From the NCBI GenBank assembly GCA_036172245.1, contig JAYWIR010000023.1, positions 682,001-746,000 on the forward strand: 64,000 nucleotides of DNA, given 5' to 3'. Below the pieces are notes generated by a model that saw only the letters and a list, made by a program, of their open reading frames with translations, did not search any database and was not told the origin of the DNA. Shown here piece by piece: positions 1 through 10,950 of this stretch; position 1 is the first letter of the stretch; every line of letters begins with the position of its first letter. The position numbers and the translations under genes are program-made. The stretch is from Raillietiella orientalis (Eukaryota).

Positions 1-901
1 CAGAAGAATTGGCACACCTGTTGGCACCTGAGGTTTTCTTTTACTTGTCCTGGACTACATTGGCCGATTTCTCTGACTTATGAAGAACCTTGGTTTACCT
101 TTTGCTTGAGAAACCAAAGAAAGGAGAATGTGAAGCTTACGAACATCAACTTCAAGAGAGAAAAAAAAAATGGTTGATACTGAAGATGTGAAAAACTTAT
201 CGACTTTCAAACAATATAATGAGCGATCGGGAGAAGACAGCATAAGGAAATTAAAAGAGACTACAAGAAGGCTTTCAAAATAAAGGTAGAATATGGATTT
301 CCGATAGAATATTCACCTTATCTCCTGCCGAACTGATTATGTTTGCTTAGCTTGAGGTAGGAATGGCGTCACGCTAGGTCCGACTCAACAATGATTGCAG
401 TTCGTTACGTACCGGAAACACGAAATGTCTGCTGCAGAATTCCCTCCAGGATAACTACAAAGCACGAGATTTTGCTCAGATGAAAAAAATGGATTTTATT
501 CCCTGCACGTCGCAGCATCCTAATTGCATTTGGGTACCTTAAATTGAATTGAAAAGAGAACAAAGAGCATTTTGAACTTGCTTTCAGAGAACAATTCGTT
601 AACGACTTGCAATAGAAACAAGGAGGGAATGTCATAGTCGTTGCAAACACCAAACTCTATTCTTTCATGAAAAACGCATATGTTTGAAACCCATTTTTGG
701 ATAGTTTTCATCAACTTTGAAACATGGACACCCATTCCATGAGCACTTTGAGACTCATGAGCAGACAGAGAAGACCTCGACATCGATCTCATCATAATGC
801 TGCCAATCTGCCATTGCATACACCAATGCCTGCTGGACACCACCGTAGAATCAAAGGCGGTCTCCGGCCAGGTTCTCGTGCCTGGGCACATTCTGGCTAC
901 C

Positions 902-1074
902 CTATGTCACCATCATACCAAGTATAATTGGCAACCAAAGGCAAATGCTTTTTTGCGTACCCGGTGCCCAGTCACTTTCTTTATACAATTCTGTGGAATG
1001 TTCTGCTTGCAAAGAAAGAATGGAACTCAAGAATGTCAGGAAAGCTGTGCCAATAGCGGAGTATAGTTCCCAGC
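902..1074 (-). CDS. LHFPL2: LHFPL2-like (LHFP/TMHS tetraspan family) terminal coding exon: GWELYSAIGTAFLTFLSSILSLQAEHSTELYKESDWAPGTQKSICLWLPIILGMMVT*
   Basis: Acceptor tttccAG at 1075-1076 and TAG stop at 902-904. The peptide matches the recalled LHFPL2 TM4/C-terminus ([25 protein letters not shown]...ICL). May be a pseudogene. Confidence 0.7.
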
Positions 1075-1122
1075 CTGGAAACATGGCATTTCAAAGCTGT
1101 GCTGCCTCCATCTGCTCCTCAC

Positions 1123-1235
1123 CAATAGTGCATTCGCCAACATCAAAGGGTTGTGCTTCTTCACCACACATATGAACGATCCTCTTTGATCCCCAGCCAC
1201 CAGCATACAAGAGCAGCGCCACAACACACAAAATT
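1123..1235 (-). CDS. LHFPL2: LHFPL2-like penultimate exon: ILCVVALLLYAGGWGSKRIVHMCGEEAQPFDVGECTIG
   Basis: Donor G|GTGAG at 1122 and a 48-nt intron (1075-1122) join it in frame to the next exon. Matches the LHFPL motif LYPxGWG..C......G.C.LGW. The 5' acceptor is weak (tcaAG) and no upstream exons were found. Confidence 0.65.
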
Positions 1236-4200
1236 CTTGAATGATTTTATGTTTGTGTGTGTATACGTGGTGGTGTTAGGGGAAGCATTACTGAAATATT
1301 GCTACGATGTAGTCGTGAATGTTTCCGTTGTTCGCTCTATATTAAAGACACCACTACTTATATTTATGCATGATTCACTGAACTGAAGTTGAATATCAAA
1401 TGGAAATCTACAAACATGAAAAGGGAGTTAAATAGGGATACATAAGAATAAAACAAGTTGAAATGAGAAGTCCTAGTCTCCTGATAGCTTACTCATTTTC
1501 TATTTCCATTGAGACCATGACAATCATTCAGCTACTTATTCTGCTTCGATGGTAAGTACTTTTGACAGAGATTATGAACCGCAGCTTTATAGCTGTCCAT
1601 AAATTCCCTATATTTTATCTCGAAATTTTTGCAGCGCACATATTGCATCTATGAGGAGCAGAAATTTGTCCTTAAGGTAACAGAAAAAAAACCCACGAAA
1701 CCAACGACCTAAAATTTCACCAGCATAAAAAGGAAGCAGCAGATATAATGATGCTGCTGGAGACTGCGTGCTTGTAAATCACAAACACAAGTCGCCATCG
1801 TCAGTAACAAAATGTTTGCTTCCTTTGGTTTGCAACCTTACTTTCCATTAAAATTCTTTTTTGCTGAATCATGTGCCAAATAGCACCAAATTAATCTTTA
1901 TTTTTAATTGGCGGAGATCTTAATTAGCGTTCTAGACAAAGACAGATAACGTTAGTCATACGAATGCCATAATCCATAGCATTTGCTGAAATCTGAATTC
2001 ATACGAAGACAGAACATGCAACAGTAGAGACAAAATCATTGCAGTTTTCGATAAACAAGCAAGTAGAGTAATTATCACGTCATCATCATTGAAAGCACCT
2101 TGTTTTTTCCTTGATCCTGTTCACAAATTTGTCGTTTCTTGAATATACTGTTTTCCACTTTGCTGTTTTCTTAGCTTATCAACATGCTTATGGCACTTAA
2201 TGATGAGAAAACGTTTCATGAATACGCAAATCGATGAATGAAAAATAGAGACATACCGTGATCTCAAACACGTTTCATGTATATATATATATGTTGCATT
2301 TTGTAACATTGAAGAGAGTTTGAGTCATCCCATTTCTGCAACTCGTTGCACGCCCATCTACATACTGCTAGCTTAATACTAAAGTCATGACAAAAGCAGT
2401 GGAGTCAAATATCCATGAATATTCGATCTCGTGTTATTACAACTGCGAATGCGGTTCTTACTAAAGAGCTTTAGTAGGAACTTTGTCTTAAAAGAACTTT
2501 AGATATCATCATTGCAATTGGGTCCCAATGTGCTGCTGTATTATTCATTGTGTCCAAATTCCAAACTTCCCATTTTCCATCGAACCTTACAGCTTCCTAC
2601 AATTATATCTTTATTCCTATCATCGTACGTCGAAACCTCACCAACCGACTTTCTCTTTTTCTTCTTCAGTGGTTCCTGATGTCTAACTTCACTAAAGGTA
2701 ACTGAAGTAGTCTTTTCGAAAAGATCCTCAGCAGTCGCTGCATCTGCTTCGTAGCAATAAGCATTCAAAGATGCACGAAGTATCGTTTGCTCGTCCAACA
2801 TGTTTCTCAACATGCAGTCAAAGTTTGCATGGAATTTTCTGCTCCGAAACCAACGATTGTACCGTTATGAAAGTATGAATCATGAAAACGAACTTCTTTT
2901 ACCAAAGCATTCCTCGTAACGAATACTTCATTTCCGGAAGTAGATGAAGCTATACTAAGTCATCTTTTATAAGATGCACGAGCACAGCTCGCAAAGCTTT
3001 TATCTCCTTTATGGACTTTTCCACTTCAAGCATTGATCTCGTTTATGCTTTTCTCTCATGCATTTGATCAATCCTTGAAAGAATTTAATCCACTATGAAG
3101 AAAGATTGCTGCAGGCTCTTGAACTGAACTGATTTCTTGACCAAAATTAGACCTTATATAGAGATCTGCTTTGTTGCTCAGTTTACTCATAATGACTTAT
3201 CATTAATCATTATATCACTTGGTCATAGAATTCTGTACAGTTCAGGTTTAAACTGAACTCTTTATTTCCTGGGCTTATTCCTTTTTGAACGTTTCAAGTT
3301 GATCACTAGAACTTCTCATGAAAAATGGGCAATTTATTCTTGCCTTTAAATGGGGGAGCGTTTGTTTCCTAAAGTCAAAGACTGGAACATGACTAATGCG
3401 ATCCTCCTTTGACTGATCCTTATTCATTTCCTTTTCTCCATACCGCCTTTCTTCTTTTATCCGAACATTTCAAAGTGGTCTCTTTTTGTAAAATCAAAAG
3501 AAAGTGAAGAGAACAACAGAGTGGAATTTCAGAAGCTGAATCATGTGGAAGATAACCAGAACCCAATGGAGGACAAGCATTTTAAAAGAGAAGAGAACAA
3601 TGCAGAGATGCATCAGGAAAGAATACAATGAAGAAATAAATGGCGATAGAATTTTGAAAATGGACTGAAATCTTGCTTATGCTGATGGTAGCTAGATGAA
3701 GCCGGAGACTGTCAGCACAAAAAATAGGATGCGAAAATAGATGAATGAAACACGCAAACGAAACTGCAACAAAATAGGCAAGAAAATGCGCTCCTCCACG
3801 CCTTCTCGGCCTTGAGAAAGATTGGTCTGTGAATAGAAGGCTTAACACAAAAGTACAAATTATCACTGGCAACTACAACAAAATAAAGTTTTCAAGGCCC
3901 TATTATGATATGAAAGATGCTTCATTTAAAACAAAATTGTTTTTATGAAAGAAATCAGACATAAGGCAGTTCATCTTTGGTGCAGATCGGAAATTATTCA
4001 CTCCACTGTGAATGGAATGGGGTGAATGGAAGTTCATTGTACAATTCAATTATGGTCGTTCTCTTATATCAATACTAAATAATGATGATGTTTCATTTTT
4101 CAAAAGCACTCTCTTTCTGAAAATTACGTGTGAAACCACAATGTGTGACGGTTTCCTGGAGGGGCTCGCATGTAAACCAACTGAGGAAGAGCTACCAATC

Positions 4201-4969
4201 ATAAGAGCGAAAATTCCTTGGGTTCTCAGAAAGTTGCTAAGGATACGGCATTACTCCTTCAAAAACTTCTAGAATGACTGTGAGCAAGAGCGTGAGGACG
4301 GAGCAAAAGCAGAAGGAAAGAGGAAGAACTAGAACCACTATAAACGATTCCACTATTAACGACTTGTTTTGGTTTCTTTCAGGAATCATTTTTGTTGTTC
4401 CTGTCGGATATTTTCAGATGATTGAAAGTGACACCAATATACGAAAAATGTTTCCTCTCGAAAGCAAAGGACTTCGCCTTACCCTGCCAGTTGGTCATCT
4501 GGAAAAGATTCCTGTTATTTTGGAAAAACTGACAAGCAATGGATTTTCCCCAGTCCAACGTGCTGCGGGGTGAATCTATTCGTTCCTTTAACTTTAAGAA
4601 GCAACGAGAGGACAATAATGAGTGAAGTCCTTCTCCTGACAGCACTTTGAACTTTGTCCCTGATATTTCAAGTTTTCCCACCAGGCAAAGATGGGTTTGC
4701 ACTAGATGGGGATCAGTGTGGGGGTGAAAGGTATTCCACAATCAAGGCATATACCCAGCTAATGTTGCTAAAGGAGCCGGATAGTCTATGATTCAAGTTC
4801 CGTGGATGGGAACGTCTAAAGAAGTCTTTAGATGAATTTCAGCAAGCGTTCTGACGGGAGCTAGTGACAGAGCAAAGATGGTGAAAGCAGCACCTATCAG
4901 AGTGAAGTGTGAAGAGGGAGTTCCGCCTGCCTCCCCAGAAAGCGGAAGGACTAGTGAGGAGCAGCTGAA

Positions 4970-6000
4970 ACATGGAGGATGGCGAACGGCTGACACGGAA
5001 GCGGCGACAGAGGGCGCGAAAGCAGGTGAGGCATCGCGTCGTTGTCATTTGCAACCGTGGCCCCGCCCCAGCAGCCCGGGAGCCCATGGTAACCATGGAG
5101 CATGACGTTATCGTCGGAACTGGACCAGAAGACGAAGACGACTCCTTGAGGGAATATGGTCCGGAGATGACAATCATCACCTTCCTCCACGAGCTCCTTC
5201 AACAACAACGCGGTGAGCAACCCTCATGTACCTAGTGATTCACCGGAGAAGAATCGACTTCGACCGGCGCACCAAAGCGATCGTCCAGTTGGTAGGGGGA
5301 GTTTCTGTCTACGCCGACAGTCCGATACTCATCGACGACCTCGTCGACAACGGACTCGTGGTAAACGGTAGAACCCAACCAGAGTTTCTAAACATGCCAC
5401 GACGACGGTGCACTTGTCCAGAGCAGAGGTGCGCACCAAGAGGAGCACCGTCAAGGCAATGCTTTTACCGACTGCGCCAGTTCGGCAAAGTCGCCCTTCT
5501 CCAGCAGAAGAAGGTGCATCGGAACAACTGCTTCGAAGACCAAGCCCTCATGAAGCTGCGCTAGCATCGCTACCCTGGCTCTTTTGGACCAACATTCCGA
5601 GAAGGTGGAAGTCACCTAAAGGGAGCACCCGTCTTCCACCGCTGCCGTCCAATGAATTCCAACACCCTCAGAAGGAAGCGGTTGTGCCCTGGGTTACGTA
5701 CCAGGAAATGCTTCCAGAAGAACTTCATTCCCTGTGCCACTTCCTCAGCCATACTTTGGAAGCAGTGATGGCAGCTCGCCGGAGTGGTCGTCCCTGGCCT
5801 CCATGCCCCCGTGCCGCAGCGCTGTCTGCACTGAGGAGAAGCTACGTCAGCTGCCGTGGGGAAAGTTCCCCCTGCAGGTTACTGGAAAGACGAAACTCCT
5901 TGGAGTCTAGAAGACGCGCGAGCTGTTGGATGCTCCCACTCCACGTATCCATGCAAAGAAGCTTTTTCGGTGACCCGAACAGCTACGTGCCACTCCGAAA
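4970..6000 (+). mobile_element. Degenerate non-LTR retrotransposon ORF1 (L1/Tx1-like gag) with decayed CCHC zinc knuckles
   Basis: Frameshifted pieces WVTYQEM..SLCHFLSH, QRCLH*GE and SCW..SHSTYPC resemble the V.Y.GQP + tandem CX2CX4HX4C layout. The block is GC-richer than its flanks and has stops and frameshifts. Confidence 0.45.
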
Positions 6001-6679
6001 AACTTGATCCCTTCCTTGAGTTCAGAAACCTTCGTGTTCCCTGCGACATGGAAACAGGCGGTGCTGCTCTTCCTGCACCGGGTACTTCAGCGCAATCAGC
6101 GTCTGCGCCTTGTTCCCAGGAGGATTGCATCCCCGAACTACGCCAGGTGCGCGTCGGTAAAGTCGATGCCTCACCTGCTTTTCAACTGCAGTGCCCTCCC
6201 CCGCTCCCTTCCCCCAAGAACTGTGGTGGAGACTGGCTTCAGCGCTCCTGCAACAGGAGGAGGAGACCGCTCGTGACTTGCTGCGGCGATTCTTCGTGTC
6301 CGACTGTCTCTAGACCAGAGCGGCGATCGCGACGACGTGTTGCTCCATAATCACAGTCCGTTACGTCTCGAAGACTCAGTGAAAAGAGGCCGCTATGTTG
6401 GCAGCCGCCTCTAAGAGGACGGCTGCTAGGCGGCCTCACCTGAAAGGGGAAGTCATGGCGGAGATCTCCGGCATCCGCCGCCGGCTCTAAAAGGAAGGAA
6501 CGGTTGACACCGGTAACACCTGTCTCTTATTTATTTTTATTTATTAATTGTTCCTTATTTTCCGTTCCCTATTTTTAGACGCCCCGGCCTGCGTGTCGGT
6601 GTGCCCTCTTGAACATTTTTTGTCTAAGGTTAGAAATTGAGTTCCCAACTGGTTCATTCTTTATTAGATGAATATTCAA

Positions 6680-8130
6680 GTTGAGAAACTTCTGCCTCTT
6701 GTGCATGACGGTCGACCACAGGATCGCAGCGCGCCCCTGCGGCAGGTGCCGAAAGTGCAGAAAGTCCGGCCATGCGGAGGCGCCAGGACAAAGCGCTGCT
6801 CTTTCTGCAAGGTCAAGATCCAAGAGAGCGAGGATTGCGGAAAGTACAAGGAGTGGCCGGCATTCTGTAGACGCCTGGCCCCTGAACAGACTCCCAAAGG
6901 GACCGCCACCGAACAAGCGGGTACAACGCCCTCTCCACCCCCGATTCCGGCAACAGCTCCCAAAAGAAGGCCTTCTTTATCCAAACATGCGAGGGACAAA
7001 GTCCTGGACACTTCATAACTGTCCCCTTTCCCTTCGTGGTACAGTCAGACACTTCAACAAACAGCGGAACACCCGCCCTCGCCACTCCGGATCAATGCAG
7101 ATGCTGGAGGCCGCAGCTGAACTGCGGTCAAGTCTGCACGATGTTCTCCGAGAAGCCCAGGGCCTTCTTGATGATCAACGAACAAGACGTGTCTTCAACG
7201 TTGATAGCCACTATCGAGACGGAGTCCTACGCAGCGATCAACTCCATGGCCGCCTCCATCAGGAAAAGTAGGCCGACGTCGGATGGATCATGATCAACGT
7301 ACACGACGTCACCTCTCGCGACACAGGGAGCATCGGCGGCACCGGGGAAGACTCCGCGTCGGACGACGACGAAACTTCTCATCATGACGTCGTGGGACGA
7401 ACAACTGAGCGATCAGTGAGCAGGAGAAACATCCGCGAGGTGTTCCCTGCGCCGAAGCACCTGAAAAAGAAGTTCAAGGTGGCTGAACTGGATTACGACT
7501 CATTACAAACAGGCATGAAGAAACGTTGAGTTGCTGCTGTCAATGGTGGAGGACCTGGGGTCGCGTCCTGAGAAGCACCTTCATCAGGAGATCGAAGGTT
7601 CGAAGGGAGGCCGAAATTCTCGACACGAGAATGCTGGAGAAACCCGTCACAACGGGTGCGAAGCTACGGTAGGGTGTCGCCTCTGACCCCAAGCTACATT
7701 CTGCGGAAACCACAGCAGCAAGTCACAAAGAAGCAGAGAGACCAGGGACAAAGCGATATGCGGTAGGCACTGACAACCAATGGAGAGGAAGCTTTCGTGA
7801 TGATTACAGCAGTTCTTTGGGAAACCCTCTTCTCAAGACCTCCCTCCATTCGCCTGGATCGCTCTCCGGTTGTAGGTATTTTCGCCTTAAGCACCTTTGC
7901 CGCATAGCTAATTGGGCGTAAGGCAATTTTGCCGTGAAAGATAAAATAAGGAAAAGTAAAAGAGGAACATTAGAAGGGACAAAATGGGGCATGAAAAATC
8001 AATAACAAAACCGATATGCTATCAGGATCGCGGATCAGGATAGGCAGCAGCATCCAAAAAGGGTTCCGCATGGCGTGCGGGGACAAGGAAATCCGACTCC
8101 ACGTTCTCACCTGTGCAACGCCTGGAGCCA
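6680..8130 (+). mobile_element. Second degenerate L1/Tx1-like element: ORF1 zinc knuckles followed by the start of an AP-endonuclease ORF2
   Basis: Knuckles CLLCMTVDH, CRKCRKSGH and CSFCKVKIQESEDC (6690-6845). At ~7515 MKKR*VAAVNGGG, then ..GETRHN and GNF, resemble the APE motifs (N.xG, QETH, GDFN). Heavily frameshifted. Confidence 0.55.
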
Positions 8131-8176
8131 CGACTGGAAAGAGCTGCAGAAGGTGGCGGACCTGTAGACCAGTGCA

Positions 8177-8363
8177 AGGACGAAAATCAGGATGGTTTGA
8201 AGAGGGTGGTAACGTTCCCCGGTGCGATTCCACGGTACGAACCACAACGATTCTCACATTCTTCCTCGCAAGCGCTCTGATGAGGACGCAGGAGCGAGCG
8301 GCACCTACTGCCATGGACGTCCTGAACGCACTCATCCAGAGTAGGATCGGAGGTCGTCATTAG
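8177..8363 (+). pseudogene. Histone H4-like (histone-fold) relic
   Basis: GGNVPR...ILTFFL...RAAPTAMDVLNAL versus H4 GGVKR...VLKVFL...RKTVTAMDVVYAL (7/9 identity in the TAMDV helix). An upstream frameshifted TKIRMV*R resembles PAIRRLARR. Confidence 0.4.
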
Positions 8364-9959
8364 GAGCTGAGGCGGAATCTCAGCCCGCACACATCGCTGC
8401 ATCTTCAAAAAGGTTTCGGGCACTGCTCAAGTGAATGGAGCGCCAGATAATCCCTAGCGATCAGATCTCAAAGACAGTGACTCCGAATCTGACCCACAAA
8501 AGTGACACTTGAGCGATGGCAGTGTTGGGACAGTTGCGAAGGTGTCCGTCCTTTTGTGCAGTTGTTGTTTTACACGAGAAAGATGTTTCCAAATGAATTC
8601 GCCCTACCGCTTGTCGGACTGGGGCAAACTGATGCGTTACCATTTCCTAGCAGAGTATGCAACCTGACTTCACACTCCCTCTTATTTCACCCTACCAGCA
8701 AGTTTCATCCCCGCAGTTTCCATCAAGTCGATATACTGGATAGGATCATCCGCTGTTTTGAGACCGCCGCGTGTAGTCGTTTCTGTCTATACCATTACGA
8801 CGGTTAAGATTGGTACAATTGAAAAATGGCAGTACCGCGAGAACTTCGGCGATGAGGAAATGAAACTAAATTGTCAACCAGCTATTTTATCTTTTAGGAC
8901 GAAATCACCTTTTGGCCATTTAGTGAGGCAGCAAAAAAAACCTTGCGGCAAAGATGCTTACGGCGAAAATACACGGGACTTACAGTCCTGAGTGCGTTCG
9001 GAAGCCGATTGTCTCTAAATGCATTGATGCCATCTGGATCCTTAAGTGGGACTAAGATTTCCTGAGAAAGATGGAGGCCTGAAGGACGCATCAGCAAGGT
9101 GCTTCGACTTTCCTGCAATCCTGGATAGCATCCGATTTGATTTGTACAGATGGCAGCAGGCATTGACCAAGATTTTCTTTCGCGTTGTCTCATTTGATCT
9201 GGCTGAGTTTTTCCACTCCTGGTTCATTCAGAACGTACCGTCAAGGTCATAGAAGTCACACTGCTGGCGATCACGAAATACCGAGATCATCAGAGTTGTT
9301 CCTCCGTTGCATTCCATACACGAAATGCGTTAAATGGTTAACGTAATCTTTGCAATATAAGAACGCAAGATACTTCACAGTCTGAAGGCAGAATATGGAG
9401 ACTCAGATAAAAGGATATGAGGGTACAGATACTGTTTGATCCGGATAACAGGAGAAATACGAGGCGACTCCTTTTTCACCAAACACCCGAAAGAGCAAAC
9501 ATGGGCGTCATACTATTCCCATAAGGAGAAAGCGTAAATGAATGCCATGGCAAACTCAAACAAGCATCGAGTTGTCGGAAGTTTTGGTTTTAGTTCTGAA
9601 CGATTAGGTGGGAGCTGTCCTAGCCTTCGCCCGAAGGCACCATTTGCGCTTTCCTAACCACCCGAGACGCTTTCCTGGTTTCTGGACTGGCCACATGACA
9701 TGAGTGTCTTTAGGGTGTCCCTGGCGTCCGAGATAGAAATTGCACGAATTTTTGCTCAGAAACTCTGCGGATAGAAGTTTTGAGCACAACAAATCCATCT
9801 ACACAATAAACTATCTGAAGGTTTTTCTATCTGACCTTTTTTCTTTTCTATCTAAGCAGTCCGACCGTGGTCATTACTTAGAAACATGACACCCGCATGG
9901 CGTGCCGGGTGCATTCGTGGTGCACTCTGCACGCCTGAAATTCCCTGAAGAGCAAACCT

Positions 9960-10950
9960 ATTCCTGAAATTCTCCCTGAAGTGTTCTCACCGGCAACTCT
10001 GTTCAAGTACTTGCAGCTGGAGGGCAACACTTTCAGGAGTCACAGACAAATCAGTTCCATTTGCGAATTCCTGTTTTGGCGTCGTTTTGTTTCCTCGTCA
10101 GGGGTCCTTTAGGGCACATCGTGTGCAACTTCAGCCTTTTTCTCGACTTTCTCCCTCGAGCAAACCTAAGCCGATGCTCTGGAAATGCTTTTCCTCCATC
10201 CAACCCTTCTGTACCCTCATAATTAATCCAAAAGGAGAATTTTTTCCAGAGCAGTGTTCCTCTTGGAAATTGCGTACAAGCGGAGGCTTTGTGCCACTTG
10301 CCAAAAATATCAGTATAACTGTAATTCGAGCTCTTCCATTTCTGGTTGTTTTTACCGACAATTTTTTTTGCTCCGTTATCGAGAATCTTAGCATTGGAGG
10401 GCACATCACATAATGTAGGATCTGTGCTGCTCATTCACCTGAGCGAACACTTGTATCTTTTTCCTCAAGACTGGAAGAAAGATGCTAGAATGGAATCGCT
10501 TTTCCTCCTTCGAGTCCGAAGCGATTTTCGTGCCAAGCTTGCACGGTGCCTCAGGGCACCACGAATGCACCCTATCATCTTCTTACATCATTTACGGGCT
10601 TACTTTCCATTCTACACTTGGAGTGTCTGGATGTCTCCTTCTTTCTTTCTTTTCTAGACTGTTTAACTCTAGACTCTTATCAGCAGGGCTCCACAGATCT
10701 CTTGGCACGCAACTCTTTGACACACGAATACATTTTCGCGGATGTATTTTCAGTCTTTTTTAGGTATGCTAAGCGTCTGTCTTGCAGGGTGTGCGTTAAG
10801 AAGTTCGTTCTCGTGTTTCTGTCTCACGTTACTTTGAGTTCTATCAAACTTTCTGGCCGTGGCTTCGTGGTTTTGTCCTTTTGTCTCGCCCAATTTTCAA
10901 GTATTCACCGTGAGTTCCGACGCAAACCGTTTTCGATTTTGACCCATTCT
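9960..10950 (-). mobile_element. Degenerate pogo/Tigger-family (DDE_1) transposase
   Basis: N-terminal RKRFASEL...ATARKFDRTQSNVR (helix-turn-helix-like). Catalytic region DPTLCDVPSN..GAKK / SVKTTRNGRARITVILIFLASGTKPP..LIMRVQKGWMEE and VTPESVALQLQVLE match the pogo consensus across frameshifts. Confidence 0.8.

Noticed and set aside
2541..2813. 90-aa ORF with a KKKKRK NLS-like motif
   Set aside because: No recognisable family or supported splice context; the flanking frame is interrupted by stops.
9042..9290. FYDLDGT, a HAD-like motif on the minus strand
   Set aside because: Immediately followed by a stop, with no further HAD motifs.
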